From: Bdellovibrionales bacterium
GTDB taxonomy: Bacteria > Bdellovibrionota > Bdellovibrionia > Bdellovibrionales > JAUICD01
Reading direction: 5' to 3'
Assembly (NCBI GenBank): GCA_965203275.1
Contig: OZ241865.1
Coordinates: 608,001 to 672,000 of the forward strand
DNA length: 64,000 nt
The translations under genes were made by a program, and so were the position numbers. A model generated the notes under the pieces. It was not told the DNA's origin, did not search any database, and worked only from the letters and a program-made list of their open reading frames with translations. Shown here piece after piece: positions 41,323-51,829 of this stretch; the stretch's first letter is position 1; every line of letters starts with the position of its first letter.

Positions 41323-43569
41323 CTAAATCCCCCGACAGGCTCTTGGCATAGGACAGCTTCCATAAGGGGGATCAGCAGACTGTCTGCAACGAGGATTAAA
41401 CTGTGTACATTTTAACTGGACATGTATGTGATTGTGATGACCTGAAATAGGACACAGCTGTGTTAAAACAGGGCATTGCTCTTTAAGCTTGCCATCTCTT
41501 TCTGCTAGATGCACCAAATAATCTTTGACCTTTTGATCAACATGGTATTTATTGACAATATTGGTTGAAGACATCACTTGCAATAAATACATGGTCAACT
41601 GAGCGTCTCTTTCCGTCATAATAAATTCTCGTCCATTATAAACACTCCAAAACCTTTGTGTCTGGGGATTGGCATGAGGGTAAGCTATATCTAAATCTAA
41701 ACCATTTTGATGTGTTTTATGACCTCTCATTTTGCCTCCATGTCTGAGTGAAGACCTATTAACTACAATAAAGTGATTTGGAAATGCCCTTTTAAAATAA
41801 GGCCCAATAGTTCTAAAAAAGTAATTTGTAATAGAAGCTACAAAACGTTTTTCTATGTTAGCTTGACTATAATCTATCCATTTGATCCCATGTACAGCAT
41901 CAATAAGAGGTACTCCTTGATTAAGTCTGCCACCACTTCGCATACCACGTGCTTGATCTTGTCCTACTGCACCATTGGCCAGTTCATCACGATAACCATC
42001 TATCAAAGGACCATGTAGCATACCCATCGCTATTTGTACCTCTACAGCTTCTGAAGCAACATCAAACTTTTCTTCTGTGGTGATGACAGGTTGAGGAATT
42101 CGGCTTTGAACATTAGGATTAGAGGTTGCACTTTCAACATCTGGATTAGAGCTTACAGGATGGGATGCATCTCTAGTATCAGAAACTACATCTACTCCTT
42201 GAGCAGTAACAGGTGGATCTTGTGGTGATACATCTTCAGGAGTAGGAGGAGGATATTCTTGTTTATTAGCATCTTCTCTCATTTGATTTAAAAGTGTTTT
42301 CATTCTAGCATTTCTTTGTTGCATAAAGTCAGTATATTTTTTCATATCTTGCGAGTTAGGGGCTAGGATCACAAGAGGCTGTGATGGAAGTGGAGCTAGA
42401 ACCTCAGGTTGATCTGTACCTATATTTTGGCGTATTTCTTCTTGAATAGCTTCAACAGATACTCCTTCGTGTATTCTTTCTCTTGCTTGCCTTGTTTGTT
42501 GATTTTGTTCTTTGACTTCATCTGCTGTTGGAATCGGAAGCCTCTGAATAGCTTGTATGTTTGTAGGAGGTCTATTGGCATATTCCGCAGGGAGTTCATC
42601 ACCACCTTCTTCAGCATGTTCCTCTAAAACGCTTGCATGCACAGGCTGTGGCACATCATCATTATCATTATTATCATCATCATCATCATCATGATCATGC
42701 CCATGATCATGCCCATCATCTCTTGAGCCTTCTTGTGAAGTATGAGGAGAAGACGCCACCTCTTGTGAAACTTCCACTTGCTCTACTGTTGGACTTTCTG
42801 GTGTATGACTAGCAGGTACCTCATGTACGTCTGGTTGAGATGGAGTTTGAGTACCTTCATCTCTGTCTGTTGCAGGACTAGGGCTGTCATCTACATCTTC
42901 TGTAGGGGTGCTATCTATGTTTGCAGAGCTATCTTCTGTAGGCGTGATAGATTCCACTTGATACCTGACAATCTGGCCACTTAAGTCTCTATAATAAATA
43001 TCTAAGACAACATGTAAACAATCTTCTGTATCAAGACAAAGGGCGACTCCTACAACTAAGGGATTGGGTGTTATTTGAAACATATCAGCTGTACCATCTT
43101 GCAACAATACACCCATGAGATCAATTTCTGCTTCTTGTCCATTAGAGTGTATTTTCAAAGTAGCAATTAAGTTTTGTCCTTCAAGTCTGTGTTCTTGTAT
43201 AGAGACATCTTCTATATAAACACCTGTTCTGTCTGAAGCTCTGTCTGAAGATGACAGATCATCATCATACATTGAACTGGAAGAACCTAGTGGTAAATCA
43301 GCAGGTTGGGTAGTAGATAAATCAGTATGATCAGCATAAGGACGAGCTTCTCTTTCGATATAACGTCGAGTACTAACAGCTATACGTTGTCCTTGTCTGC
43401 GGTGATGAGGTTGACTGAGCTGTTGAGTTTCTTTGATAATGGGATTTGTCGGCATAAGAGGATTGTCTTTTTGTCCACAGGAAGGCAAAACTATTAAAGC
43501 AAATAAACCCAATAAAATAGTCAGACCTAGAAATAAATATTTATATAAACTTTTTAATTTATTCTTCAT
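41323..43569 (-). CDS. Lipoprotein with C-terminal MepA-like (penicillin-insensitive murein endopeptidase) domain
   Basis: MKNK...LIVLPSC lipobox (start moved to 43569); GG...GHKTHQNGLDLDI and HHNHIHV motifs; long acidic disordered middle. Confidence 0.8.
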   Translation of the reverse strand: MKNKLKSLYKYLFLGLTILLGLFALIVLPSCGQKDNPLMPTNPIIKETQQLSQPHHRRQGQRIAVSTRRYIEREARPYADHTDLSTTQPADLPLGSSSSMYDDDLSSSDRASDRTGVYIEDVSIQEHRLEGQNLIATLKIHSNGQEAEIDLMGVLLQDGTADMFQITPNPLVVGVALCLDTEDCLHVVLDIYYRDLSGQIVRYQVESITPTEDSSANIDSTPTEDVDDSPSPATDRDEGTQTPSQPDVHEVPASHTPESPTVEQVEVSQEVASSPHTSQEGSRDDGHDHGHDHDDDDDDNNDNDDVPQPVHASVLEEHAEEGGDELPAEYANRPPTNIQAIQRLPIPTADEVKEQNQQTRQARERIHEGVSVEAIQEEIRQNIGTDQPEVLAPLPSQPLVILAPNSQDMKKYTDFMQQRNARMKTLLNQMREDANKQEYPPPTPEDVSPQDPPVTAQGVDVVSDTRDASHPVSSNPDVESATSNPNVQSRIPQPVITTEEKFDVASEAVEVQIAMGMLHGPLIDGYRDELANGAVGQDQARGMRSGGRLNQGVPLIDAVHGIKWIDYSQANIEKRFVASITNYFFRTIGPYFKRAFPNHFIVVNRSSLRHGGKMRGHKTHQNGLDLDIAYPHANPQTQRFWSVYNGREFIMTERDAQLTMYLLQVMSSTNIVNKYHVDQKVKDYLVHLAERDGKLKEQCPVLTQLCPISGHHNHIHVQLKCTQFNPRCRQSADPPYGSCPMPRACRGI

Positions 43570-43865
43570 AATAATATAAATAGCAAGAATAATACCATGT
43601 TTTTGTGCTATTGGGCTTAAAAATAGTGGGTTTGAGAGCTTATTGAATGGAATATAAGAGTACGAACTTCTAATGGACAAAAAACGTCAGACACTGTTTA
43701 TTTTATAATCATATAAAATTTTATAAAAATATATAAGTCATTATGAAAATATTATGCTAAAATAAAAGTATTGAGTATTTGATAAAAGACAAAAAAGATT
43801 AAGGATAGTGCTATCTCATAGAAATATATGTATCAAAATGAGATAAGAAAAATATAAGAGGGTGT

Positions 43866-44774
43866 ATGGTATTCATTAAAAAAACCACATATAAATTATT
43901 AAGGAAACTTGATTGTGATAATGAAGCTGGCTTTGTCGGCATGTTATTGGTGATGATGATCTCTGTGGCTATATTTTCTATGCTCAGTTCAGTGCATATT
44001 TACACCATCAATCATGCCAGATATCAGACAAAGATTAAAGAAGCTTACATTATGCAGACAGAGATGGAAAACTTTGCTGTGATCCTTAAGGCTGCTTATG
44101 AAGAAGGTAAAACAAGTTGCACTCCTCCTAATTGTTGTAATTTCAACGTTGACTTTGCACTTGAACTTGGATGTAGGATCCCTATCCGTACTCCATCTCC
44201 TTATCCTGCTTCTCGTTGTTTAAAATCATCTTCTGGTCGGGAATATTGCTTAGTTCATTTAGAAGGAGCAGGTGGATCAGCAGCACCAACAAATGCTGAA
44301 AATGCACCAGTAACCACAAGTACAATACCAGCTCCTTCACCCCTTTTAACTGATGTTAAGGATAAATGCACTGCTACACCTGCACCCTCTCCTCCTAACT
44401 GTGAGGAAACACAATACACTGCTGACTGTCACAATAAGTGTAAAGAACTTGCAACAAAGACTATGGATTCACCACAACAAACAATTTACAATAAATGTTG
44501 TGGGGCTGGTGTGCAGGTCTTAAATTGTGAAGGTAATAAGTCAAATTGTGATAATTATGAAGCTTCTTCAACACTATCATCACAACACAAAATGTTTTGT
44601 GAAATTTGTGAAATGTCTCATAATAGTATTAATGAAAGTGTCTTTACTTATTATGTTTGTCCCAAAGATAAAATAACTAGTTGTGTGGGAGGGATAAGGA
44701 CTGTGGCTTCACCTTCACTTATTCCCAGAAGTGATGAACTCTACATGCAGAGTTTTCGCCTTGTTCCAGATTAA
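43866..44774 (+). CDS. Prepilin-like (PilX-type N-terminus) Cys-rich surface protein
   Basis: NEAG|FVGMLLVMMISVAIF hydrophobic segment; many Cys; AGAGG RBS. Confidence 0.6.
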   Translation: MVFIKKTTYKLLRKLDCDNEAGFVGMLLVMMISVAIFSMLSSVHIYTINHARYQTKIKEAYIMQTEMENFAVILKAAYEEGKTSCTPPNCCNFNVDFALELGCRIPIRTPSPYPASRCLKSSSGREYCLVHLEGAGGSAAPTNAENAPVTTSTIPAPSPLLTDVKDKCTATPAPSPPNCEETQYTADCHNKCKELATKTMDSPQQTIYNKCCGAGVQVLNCEGNKSNCDNYEASSTLSSQHKMFCEICEMSHNSINESVFTYYVCPKDKITSCVGGIRTVASPSLIPRSDELYMQSFRLVPD

Positions 44775-45182
44775 TTTGACTTGCTGTTAACGAGCTTGTA
44801 GGATAACTTATTGTTGTCTTGTATTTTTTAGCATTTTGAAAGCAATAAGATATTATATAGTTGATGGCATGAATGATGTGCAAAACAAAGAATAAATATA
44901 AAGTATTTGAGTCGTACATTTTTAATCCATATCTTCATTTGCATCCATTCTGTTATTTGCAAGCACAAAATATTAAACAAAAAAATAACTTAAACCTATT
45001 ACATTTATGAAATAAAATCATTATAGATTCCATTTCAATAAAGAAAAAATTTTAAAGAAAACAATAAAATTATCTTTTAGAGATGTTTATAATAGTAGAT
45101 GAGGAATTTATCTTTCATACCACAAGGTCAAATATGATCAGAGGTTTCAATATTTTATGATAAGAAGCCTGCAATATCTGTG

Positions 45183-45259
<77 letters not shown>

Positions 45260-45261
45260 TT

Positions 45262-46115
45262 TGTCTCACTAAAAATAAACCAGCCGTTTGTTTCACTCAA
45301 AATAAATCATGCCTCTGGCATGTTTTCTGGCAGTTAGCCCGACGGCTACCGCCGTCGATTAAAGGCTAACTGCCTAGAAAATTCATTTATTTTGAGTAGA
45401 GAGGATCCTTTTATTCCTTTACACCATGTTAAGGAAAAAGTTCCTTCATCTGCTGCTGGCAACCTCAAAAGTCCGTTTACTTTTAGTAGGAAGTTAGTTG
45501 TTTCACTAAAAGTAAACTAGCCTCTGGCTACTTTTGGATAGCCAGCCCGACGGCTACCGCCGTCGATCAAAGGCTGGCTATCTCAAAAGTCCGTTTACTT
45601 TTAGTAGGAAGTTAGTTGTTTCACTCAAAATGAGCCACACCTCTGGTGTGTTTTTTGATGTTGCCTGCAAAGGCTTTCGCCTTTGACAAAATGGTCATCG
45701 TCTCAAAAGCCTGTTCACTTTGAGTAAGGAGGATCCCTTCGTTTTTTTACACCATGTTAAGGAAACAAGACGTTCATTTTTTTGTTTTTTTTATTTTCTT
45801 TTAGATTCTGCATAATTTTCAAAAAAGCATAAATATTATGAGGGGAGGCGGGAGCAGGCTGAAGATCTTCCGCAGACCCGCTTGCTCTCCAAAAGCAAGC
45901 GAAGGTTGAGGACTTCGGAAGCCTGCACCCGCATTCCACTCATAAAAAACATACAAATAGAAAAGCAGAATCAAAGGGTGGCGGGTGGGGTTAGGGATAA
46001 TCCTTTGGATGCCCCGGATCCCAGAAAAAATCAACACGATGTTAAGGAAACAAGATGTTTGTTTCCCGTCGACAAAATGGTCATTGCCTCAAAAGCCTGA
46101 CCACTTTTAGTGAAA
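45262..46115. repeat. Repeat mosaic between tRNA-Asp and the gene array
   Basis: Structured copies at about 45291-45397, 45500-45605, 45619-45725; G-rich module 45908-46055. Confidence 0.9.
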
Positions 46116-46133
46116 CGAATAAGAGTTCATGGG

Positions 46134-46643
46134 TTACTCTGGTGGTTTTTGTTTAGTTAATTCATTAGATAAATGTTGATTCAATAAATTTAATATATCC
46201 CTATAGTTTTGATTATTTTCTTTTACCATGTCGTCAACTTTTTTCTCAAGCTTACTGATCTGTGTAGGTATATGATTGTATACTTGTTCTTGGATAGGCT
46301 TAATTGTAGCAACCAGTAGATCTCTTAAGTTATTTTCTGATTGGTTTACCAATTCCCTTAAGTTATTCTCTGATTGGTTTACCTGTTCCTTTAAGCTATT
46401 TACCAGTTCTTTTAAGTTATTTTCTGATTGGTTTACCAATTCCCTTAAGTTATTTTCTGATTTGTCTATCCGTTCATTTAATTTATTTTCTGATTTGTCT
46501 ATCCGTTCATTTAATCTATTTTCTGATTGAGTTGTCCTTTTCACCGCTCTATCATAAAGAAAAAAGCCCATAAAAGATATAGCCATGATTGTCGGTAGGT
46601 CTAAATATTCAACTATCTTTAAAATAAATTCATAGAAACCCAT
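46134..46643 (-). CDS. Array paralog 9: TM-anchored SEN-repeat coiled-coil protein (169 aa, N-term type A)
   Basis: GAAGGAGG RBS; conserved termini; variable 11/18-aa modules. Confidence 0.9.
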   Translation of the reverse strand: MGFYEFILKIVEYLDLPTIMAISFMGFFLYDRAVKRTTQSENRLNERIDKSENKLNERIDKSENNLRELVNQSENNLKELVNSLKEQVNQSENNLRELVNQSENNLRDLLVATIKPIQEQVYNHIPTQISKLEKKVDDMVKENNQNYRDILNLLNQHLSNELTKQKPPE

Positions 46644-46771
46644 AATGTCCTCCTTCGTTATACCATCACCTTATCAATATAAAAAAGCATCCCACTAGCT
46701 ATATTGGTAAGCCTTTTTAGGTTTTCTGTATTTTCTTTAGCCATTTCTTCTCTTATAAAAGAGTTCATGGT

Positions 46772-47227
46772 TTACTCTGGTGGTTTTTGTTTAGTTAATT
46801 CATTAGATAAATGTTGATTCAATAAATTTAATATATCCCTATAGTTTTGATTATTTTCTTTTATCATGTTGTCAACTTTTTTCTCAAGCGTACTGATCTG
46901 TGTAGGTATATGATTGTATACTTGTTCTTGGATAGGCTTAATTGTAGCAGTCAGTAAATCCCTTAAGTTATTTTCTGATTGCTTTACTAATTCCCTTAAG
47001 TTATTTTCCAGTCGGTCTATCCGTTCATTTAAGTTATTCTCTGATTTGTTTACTAATTCCCTTAAGTTATTTTCTGATTTGTCTATCCGTTCATTTAATC
47101 TATTTTCTGATTGAGTTGTCCTTTTCACCGCTCTATCATAAAGAAAAAAGCCCATAAAAGATATAGCCATGATTGTTGGTAGGTCTAAATATTCAACTAT
47201 CTTTAAAATAAATTCATAGAAACCCAT
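46772..47227 (-). CDS. Array paralog 8 (151 aa, type A)
   Basis: Same architecture and RBS. Confidence 0.9.
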   Translation of the reverse strand: MGFYEFILKIVEYLDLPTIMAISFMGFFLYDRAVKRTTQSENRLNERIDKSENNLRELVNKSENNLNERIDRLENNLRELVKQSENNLRDLLTATIKPIQEQVYNHIPTQISTLEKKVDNMIKENNQNYRDILNLLNQHLSNELTKQKPPE

Positions 47228-47355
47228 AATGTCCTCCTTCGTTATACCATCACCTTATCAATATAAAAAAGCATCCCACTAGCTATATTGGTAAGCCTTT
47301 TTAGGTTTTCTGTATTTTCTTTAGCCATTTCTTCTCTTATAAAAGAGTCCATGGT

Positions 47356-47778
47356 TTACTCCGGTGGTTTCTGTTTAGTTAGTTCATTAGATAAATGTTG
47401 ATTCAATAAATTTAATATATTCTTATAGTTTTGATTATTTTCTTTTATCATGTCGTCAACTTTTTTCTCAAGCTTATTGATCTGTGTAGGTATATGATTG
47501 TATACTTGTTCTTGGATAGGCTTAATTGTAGCAGTCAGTAAATCTCTTAAGTTATTTTCTGATTGGCTTATCCGTTCATTTAAGTTATTCTCTGATTTGT
47601 TTACTAATTCCCTTAAGTTATTTTCTGATTTGTCTATCCGTTCATTTAATCTATTTTCTGATTGAGTTGTCCTTTTCACCGCTCTATCATAAAGAAAAAA
47701 TCCCATAAAAGATATAGCCATGATTGTCGGTAGGTCTAAATATTCAACTATCTTTAAAATAAATTCATAGAAACCCAT
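47356..47778 (-). CDS. Array paralog 7 (140 aa, type A)
   Basis: Same architecture and RBS. Confidence 0.9.
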   Translation of the reverse strand: MGFYEFILKIVEYLDLPTIMAISFMGFFLYDRAVKRTTQSENRLNERIDKSENNLRELVNKSENNLNERISQSENNLRDLLTATIKPIQEQVYNHIPTQINKLEKKVDDMIKENNQNYKNILNLLNQHLSNELTKQKPPE

Positions 47779-47907
47779 AATGTCCTCCTTCGTTATACCA
47801 TCACCTTATCAATATAAAAAAAGCATCCCACTAGCTATATTGGTAAGCCTTTTTAGGTTTTCTGTATTTTCTTTAGCCATTTCTTCTCTTATAAAAGAGT
47901 TCATGGT

Positions 47908-48351
47908 TTACTCCGGTGGTTTTTGTTTAGTTAGTTCATTAGATAAATGTTGATTCAATAAATTTAATATATCCCTATAGTTTTGATTATTTTCTTTTAC
48001 CATGTCGTCAACTTTTTTCTCAAGCTTACTGATCTGTGTAGGTATATGATTGTATACTTGTTCTTGGATAGGCTTAATTGTAGCAACCAGTAGATCTCTT
48101 AAGTTATTTTCTGATTGGTTTACTAATTCCCTTAAGTTATTTTCTGATTGGTTTACTAATTCCCTTAAGTTATTCTCTGATTGGTTTACCTGTTCCTTTA
48201 AGCTATTTACCAGTTCTTTTAAGTTATTTTCTGATTTGTCTATCCGTGTCATCGCTCTATCATAAAAAAACAAGCCAACACCAACTATACCTATAATTGT
48301 CCATACGTCTAAAGTTTCAAATGCCTTTAAAACAAATTCATAGAAACCCAT
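47908..48351 (-). CDS. Array paralog 6 (147 aa, N-term type B)
   Basis: Alternative TM segment VLKAFETLDVWTIIGIVGVGLFF. Confidence 0.9.
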   Translation of the reverse strand: MGFYEFVLKAFETLDVWTIIGIVGVGLFFYDRAMTRIDKSENNLKELVNSLKEQVNQSENNLRELVNQSENNLRELVNQSENNLRDLLVATIKPIQEQVYNHIPTQISKLEKKVDDMVKENNQNYRDILNLLNQHLSNELTKQKPPE

Positions 48352-48480
48352 AATGTCCTCCTTTGTTATACCATCACCTTATCAATATAAAAAAAGCATC
48401 CAACTAGCTATATTGGCAAGCCTTTTTAGGTTTTCTGTATTTTCTTTAGCCATTTCTTCTCTTATAAAAGAGTTCATGGT

Positions 48481-48891
48481 TTACTCCGGTGGTTTCTGTT
48501 TAGTTAATTCATTAGATAAATGTTGATTCAATAAATTTAATATATCCTTATAGTTTTGATTATTTTCTTTTACCATGTCGTCAACTTTTTTCTCAAGCTT
48601 ACTGATCTGTGTAGGTATATGATTGTATACTTGTTCTTGGATAGGCTTAATTGTAGCAGTCAGTAGATCTCTTAATTTATTTTCTGATTGGTTTACTAAT
48701 TCCCTTAAGTTATTCTCTGATTGGTTTACCTGTTCCTTTAAGCTATTTACCAGTTCTTTTAAGTTATTCTCTGATTTGTCTATCCGTGTCATCGCTCTAT
48801 CATAAAAAAACAAGCCAACACCAACTATACCTATAATTGTCCATACGTCTAAAGTTTCAAATGCCTTTAAAACAAATTCATAGAAACCCAT
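48481..48891 (-). CDS. Array paralog 5 (136 aa, type B)
   Basis: Alternative TM segment as in 47908. Confidence 0.9.
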   Translation of the reverse strand: MGFYEFVLKAFETLDVWTIIGIVGVGLFFYDRAMTRIDKSENNLKELVNSLKEQVNQSENNLRELVNQSENKLRDLLTATIKPIQEQVYNHIPTQISKLEKKVDDMVKENNQNYKDILNLLNQHLSNELTKQKPPE

Positions 48892-49020
48892 AATGTCCTC
48901 CTTTGTTATACCATCACCTTATCAATATAAAAAAAGCATCCAACTAGCTATATTGGCAAGCCTTTTTAGGTTTTCTGTATTTTCTTTAGCCATTTCTTCT
49001 CTTATAAAAGAGTCCATAGC

Positions 49021-49509
49021 TTACTCCGGTGGTTTCTGTTTAGTTAGTTCATTAGATAAATGTTGATTCAATAAATTTAATATATCCTTATAGTTTTGAT
49101 TATTTTCTTTTATCATGTTGTCAACTTTTTTCTCAAGCTTACTGATCTGTGTAGGTATATGATTGTATACTTGTTCTTGGATAGGCTTAATTGTAGCAAC
49201 CAGTAGATCTCTTAAGTTATTTTCCAGTCGGTCTATCCGTTCATTTAATCTATTTTCTGATTGGTTTACCAATTCCCTTAAGTTATTTTCTGATTTGTCT
49301 ATCCGTTCATTTAATTTATTTTCTGATTGGTTTATTCGTTCATTTAATTTATTTTCTGATTTGTCTATCCGTTCATTTAATCTATTTTCTGATTGAGTTG
49401 TCCTTTTCACCGCTCTATCATAAAGAAAAAAGCCCATAAAAGATATAGCCATGATTGTCGGTAGGTCTAAATATTCAACTATTTTTAAAATAAATTCATA
49501 GAAACCCAT
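49021..49509 (-). CDS. Array paralog 4 (162 aa, type A)
   Basis: Same architecture and RBS. Confidence 0.9.
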   Translation of the reverse strand: MGFYEFILKIVEYLDLPTIMAISFMGFFLYDRAVKRTTQSENRLNERIDKSENKLNERINQSENKLNERIDKSENNLRELVNQSENRLNERIDRLENNLRDLLVATIKPIQEQVYNHIPTQISKLEKKVDNMIKENNQNYKDILNLLNQHLSNELTKQKPPE

Positions 49510-49637
49510 AATGTCCTCCTTCGTTATACCATCACCTTATCAATATAAAAAAGCATCCCACTAGCTATATTGGTAAGCCTTTTTAGGTTTTCTGTATTTT
49601 CTTTAGCTATTTCTTCTCTTATAAAAGAGTCCATGGT

Positions 49638-50114
49638 TTACTCCGGTGGTTTTTGTTTAGTTAGTTCATTAGATAAATGTTGATTCAATAAATTTACTAT
49701 ATCCTTATAGTTTTGATTATTTTCTTTTATCATGTTGTCAACTTTTTTCTCAAGCGTACTGATCTGTGTAGGTATATGATTATATACTTGTTCTTGGATA
49801 GGCTTAATTGTAGCAGTCAGTAATTCCCTTAAGTTATTCTCTGATTTGTTTACTAATTCCCTTAAGTTATTCTCTGATTGGTTTACCTGTTCCTTTAAGC
49901 TATTTACCAGTTCTCTTAAGTTATTTTCTGATTGGTCTATCCGTTCATTTAATCTATTTTCTGATTTGTCTATCCGTTCATTTAATCTATTTTCTGATTG
50001 AGTTGTCCTTTTCACCGCTCTATCATAAAGAAAAAATCCCATAAAAGATATAGCCATGATTGTCGGTAGGTCTAAATATTCAACTATCTTTAAAATAAAT
50101 TCATAGAAACCCAT
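49638..50114 (-). CDS. Array paralog 3 (158 aa, type A)
   Basis: Same architecture and RBS. Confidence 0.9.
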   Translation of the reverse strand: MGFYEFILKIVEYLDLPTIMAISFMGFFLYDRAVKRTTQSENRLNERIDKSENRLNERIDQSENNLRELVNSLKEQVNQSENNLRELVNKSENNLRELLTATIKPIQEQVYNHIPTQISTLEKKVDNMIKENNQNYKDIVNLLNQHLSNELTKQKPPE

Positions 50115-50243
50115 AATGTCCTCCTTCGTTATACCATCACCTTATCAATATAAAAAAAGCATCCCACTAGCTATATTGGTAAGCCTTTTTAGGTTTTCTG
50201 TATTTTCTTTAGCCATTTCTTCTCTTATAAAAGAGTTCATGGT

Positions 50244-50819
50244 TTACTCCGGTGGTTTTTGTTTAGTTAGTTCATTAGATAAATGTTGATTCAATAAATT
50301 TAATATATCCCTATAGTTTTGATTATTTTCTTTTACCATGTCGTCAACTTTTTTCTCAAGCTTACTGATCTGTGTAGGTATATGATTGTATACTTGTTCT
50401 TGGATAGGCTTAATTGTAGCAACCAGTAGATCTCTTAAGTTATTTTCTGATTGGTTTACCTGTTCCTTTAAGCTATTTACCAGTTCTTTTAAGTTATTTT
50501 CTGATTGGTCTATCCGTTCATTTAATCTATTTTCTGATTGGTTTACCAATTCCCTTAAGTTATTCTCTGATTTGTCTATCCGTTCATTTAACTTATTTTC
50601 TGATTTGTCTATTCGTTCATTTAATCTATTTTCTGATTTGTCTATCCGTTCATTTAAGTTATTTTCTGATTTGTCTATCCGTTCATTTAATCTATTTTCT
50701 GATTGAGTTGTCCTTTTCACCGCTCTATCATAAAGAAAAAATCCCATAAAAGATATAGCCATGATTGTTGGTAGATCTAAATATTCAACTATTTTTAAAA
50801 TAAATTCATAGAAACCCAT
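50244..50819 (-). CDS. Array paralog 2 (191 aa, type A)
   Basis: Same architecture and RBS. Confidence 0.9.
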   Translation of the reverse strand: MGFYEFILKIVEYLDLPTIMAISFMGFFLYDRAVKRTTQSENRLNERIDKSENNLNERIDKSENRLNERIDKSENKLNERIDKSENNLRELVNQSENRLNERIDQSENNLKELVNSLKEQVNQSENNLRDLLVATIKPIQEQVYNHIPTQISKLEKKVDDMVKENNQNYRDILNLLNQHLSNELTKQKPPE

Positions 50820-50948
50820 AATGTCCTCCTTCGTTATACCATCACCTTATCAATATAAAAAAAGCATCCCACTAGCTATATTGGTAAGCCTTTTTAGGTT
50901 TTCTGTATTTTCTTTAGCCATTTCTTCTCTTATAAAAGAGTTCATGGT

Positions 50949-51491
50949 TTACTCCGGTGGTTTTTGTTTAGTTAGTTCATTAGATAAATGTTGATTCAAT
51001 AAATTTAATATATCCCTATAGTTTTGATTATTTTCTTTTACCATGTCGTCAACTTTTTTCTCAAGCTTACTGATCTGTGTAGGTATATGATTGTATACTT
51101 GTTCTTGGATAGGCTTAATTGTAGCAACCAGTAGATCTCTTAAGTTATTTTCTGATTGGTTTACCTGTTCCTTTAAGCTATTTACCAGTTCTTTTAAGTT
51201 ATTTTCTGATTGGTCTATCCGTTCATTTAATCTATTTTCTGATTGGTTTACCAATTCCCTTAAGTTATTCTCTGATTTGTCTATCCGTTCATTTAACTTA
51301 TTTTCTGATTTGTCTATTCGTTCATTTAATCTATTTTCTGATTTGTCTATCCGTTCATTTAATCTATTTTCTGATTGAGTTGTCCTTTTCACCGCTCTAT
51401 CATAAAGAAAAAATCCCATAAAAGATATAGCCATGATTGTTGGTAGGTCTAAATATTCAACTATCTTTAAAATAAATTCATAGAAACCCAT
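50949..51491 (-). CDS. Array paralog 1 (180 aa, type A), first in transcription order
   Basis: Same architecture; unique sequence upstream of about 51540. Confidence 0.9.
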   Translation of the reverse strand: MGFYEFILKIVEYLDLPTIMAISFMGFFLYDRAVKRTTQSENRLNERIDKSENRLNERIDKSENKLNERIDKSENNLRELVNQSENRLNERIDQSENNLKELVNSLKEQVNQSENNLRDLLVATIKPIQEQVYNHIPTQISKLEKKVDDMVKENNQNYRDILNLLNQHLSNELTKQKPPE

Positions 51492-51829
51492 AATGTCCTC
51501 CTTCGTTATACCATCACCTTATCAATATAAAAAAAGCATTAAAAAGTGCATAATCATAAAATATTATCTAAAGCCCGTCTAGCAAAAAACACCAGGAACA
51601 TACTATTTATGTATCGTCAGAGTTTAGTCTGACTTTAATCAAAATTGTATAGAGTTGGTTTTATTTTGTAGCTTTGGCATTTAACAATAGCTTTAAAATC
51701 TCTGTATGTCCTTTTTCACTAACTCACATCTTTTTAAAGTATAAAAAGCCGTCTTAAGCATCAATATCAATAAAGTCGGCTACGTAATTATCTTACTATG
51801 AAACAACATTAAAGTCAAGTCTTTTTTAT

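Noticed and set aside
46276..51378. Plus-strand ORFs starting MYTCSWIG
   Set aside because: Antisense shadows of the repeat-coded genes, with no RBS.
46134..51491. Diversity-generating retroelement or shufflon
   Set aside because: No reverse transcriptase or recombinase; variation is module number and order, not adenine-specific; all genes are co-oriented.
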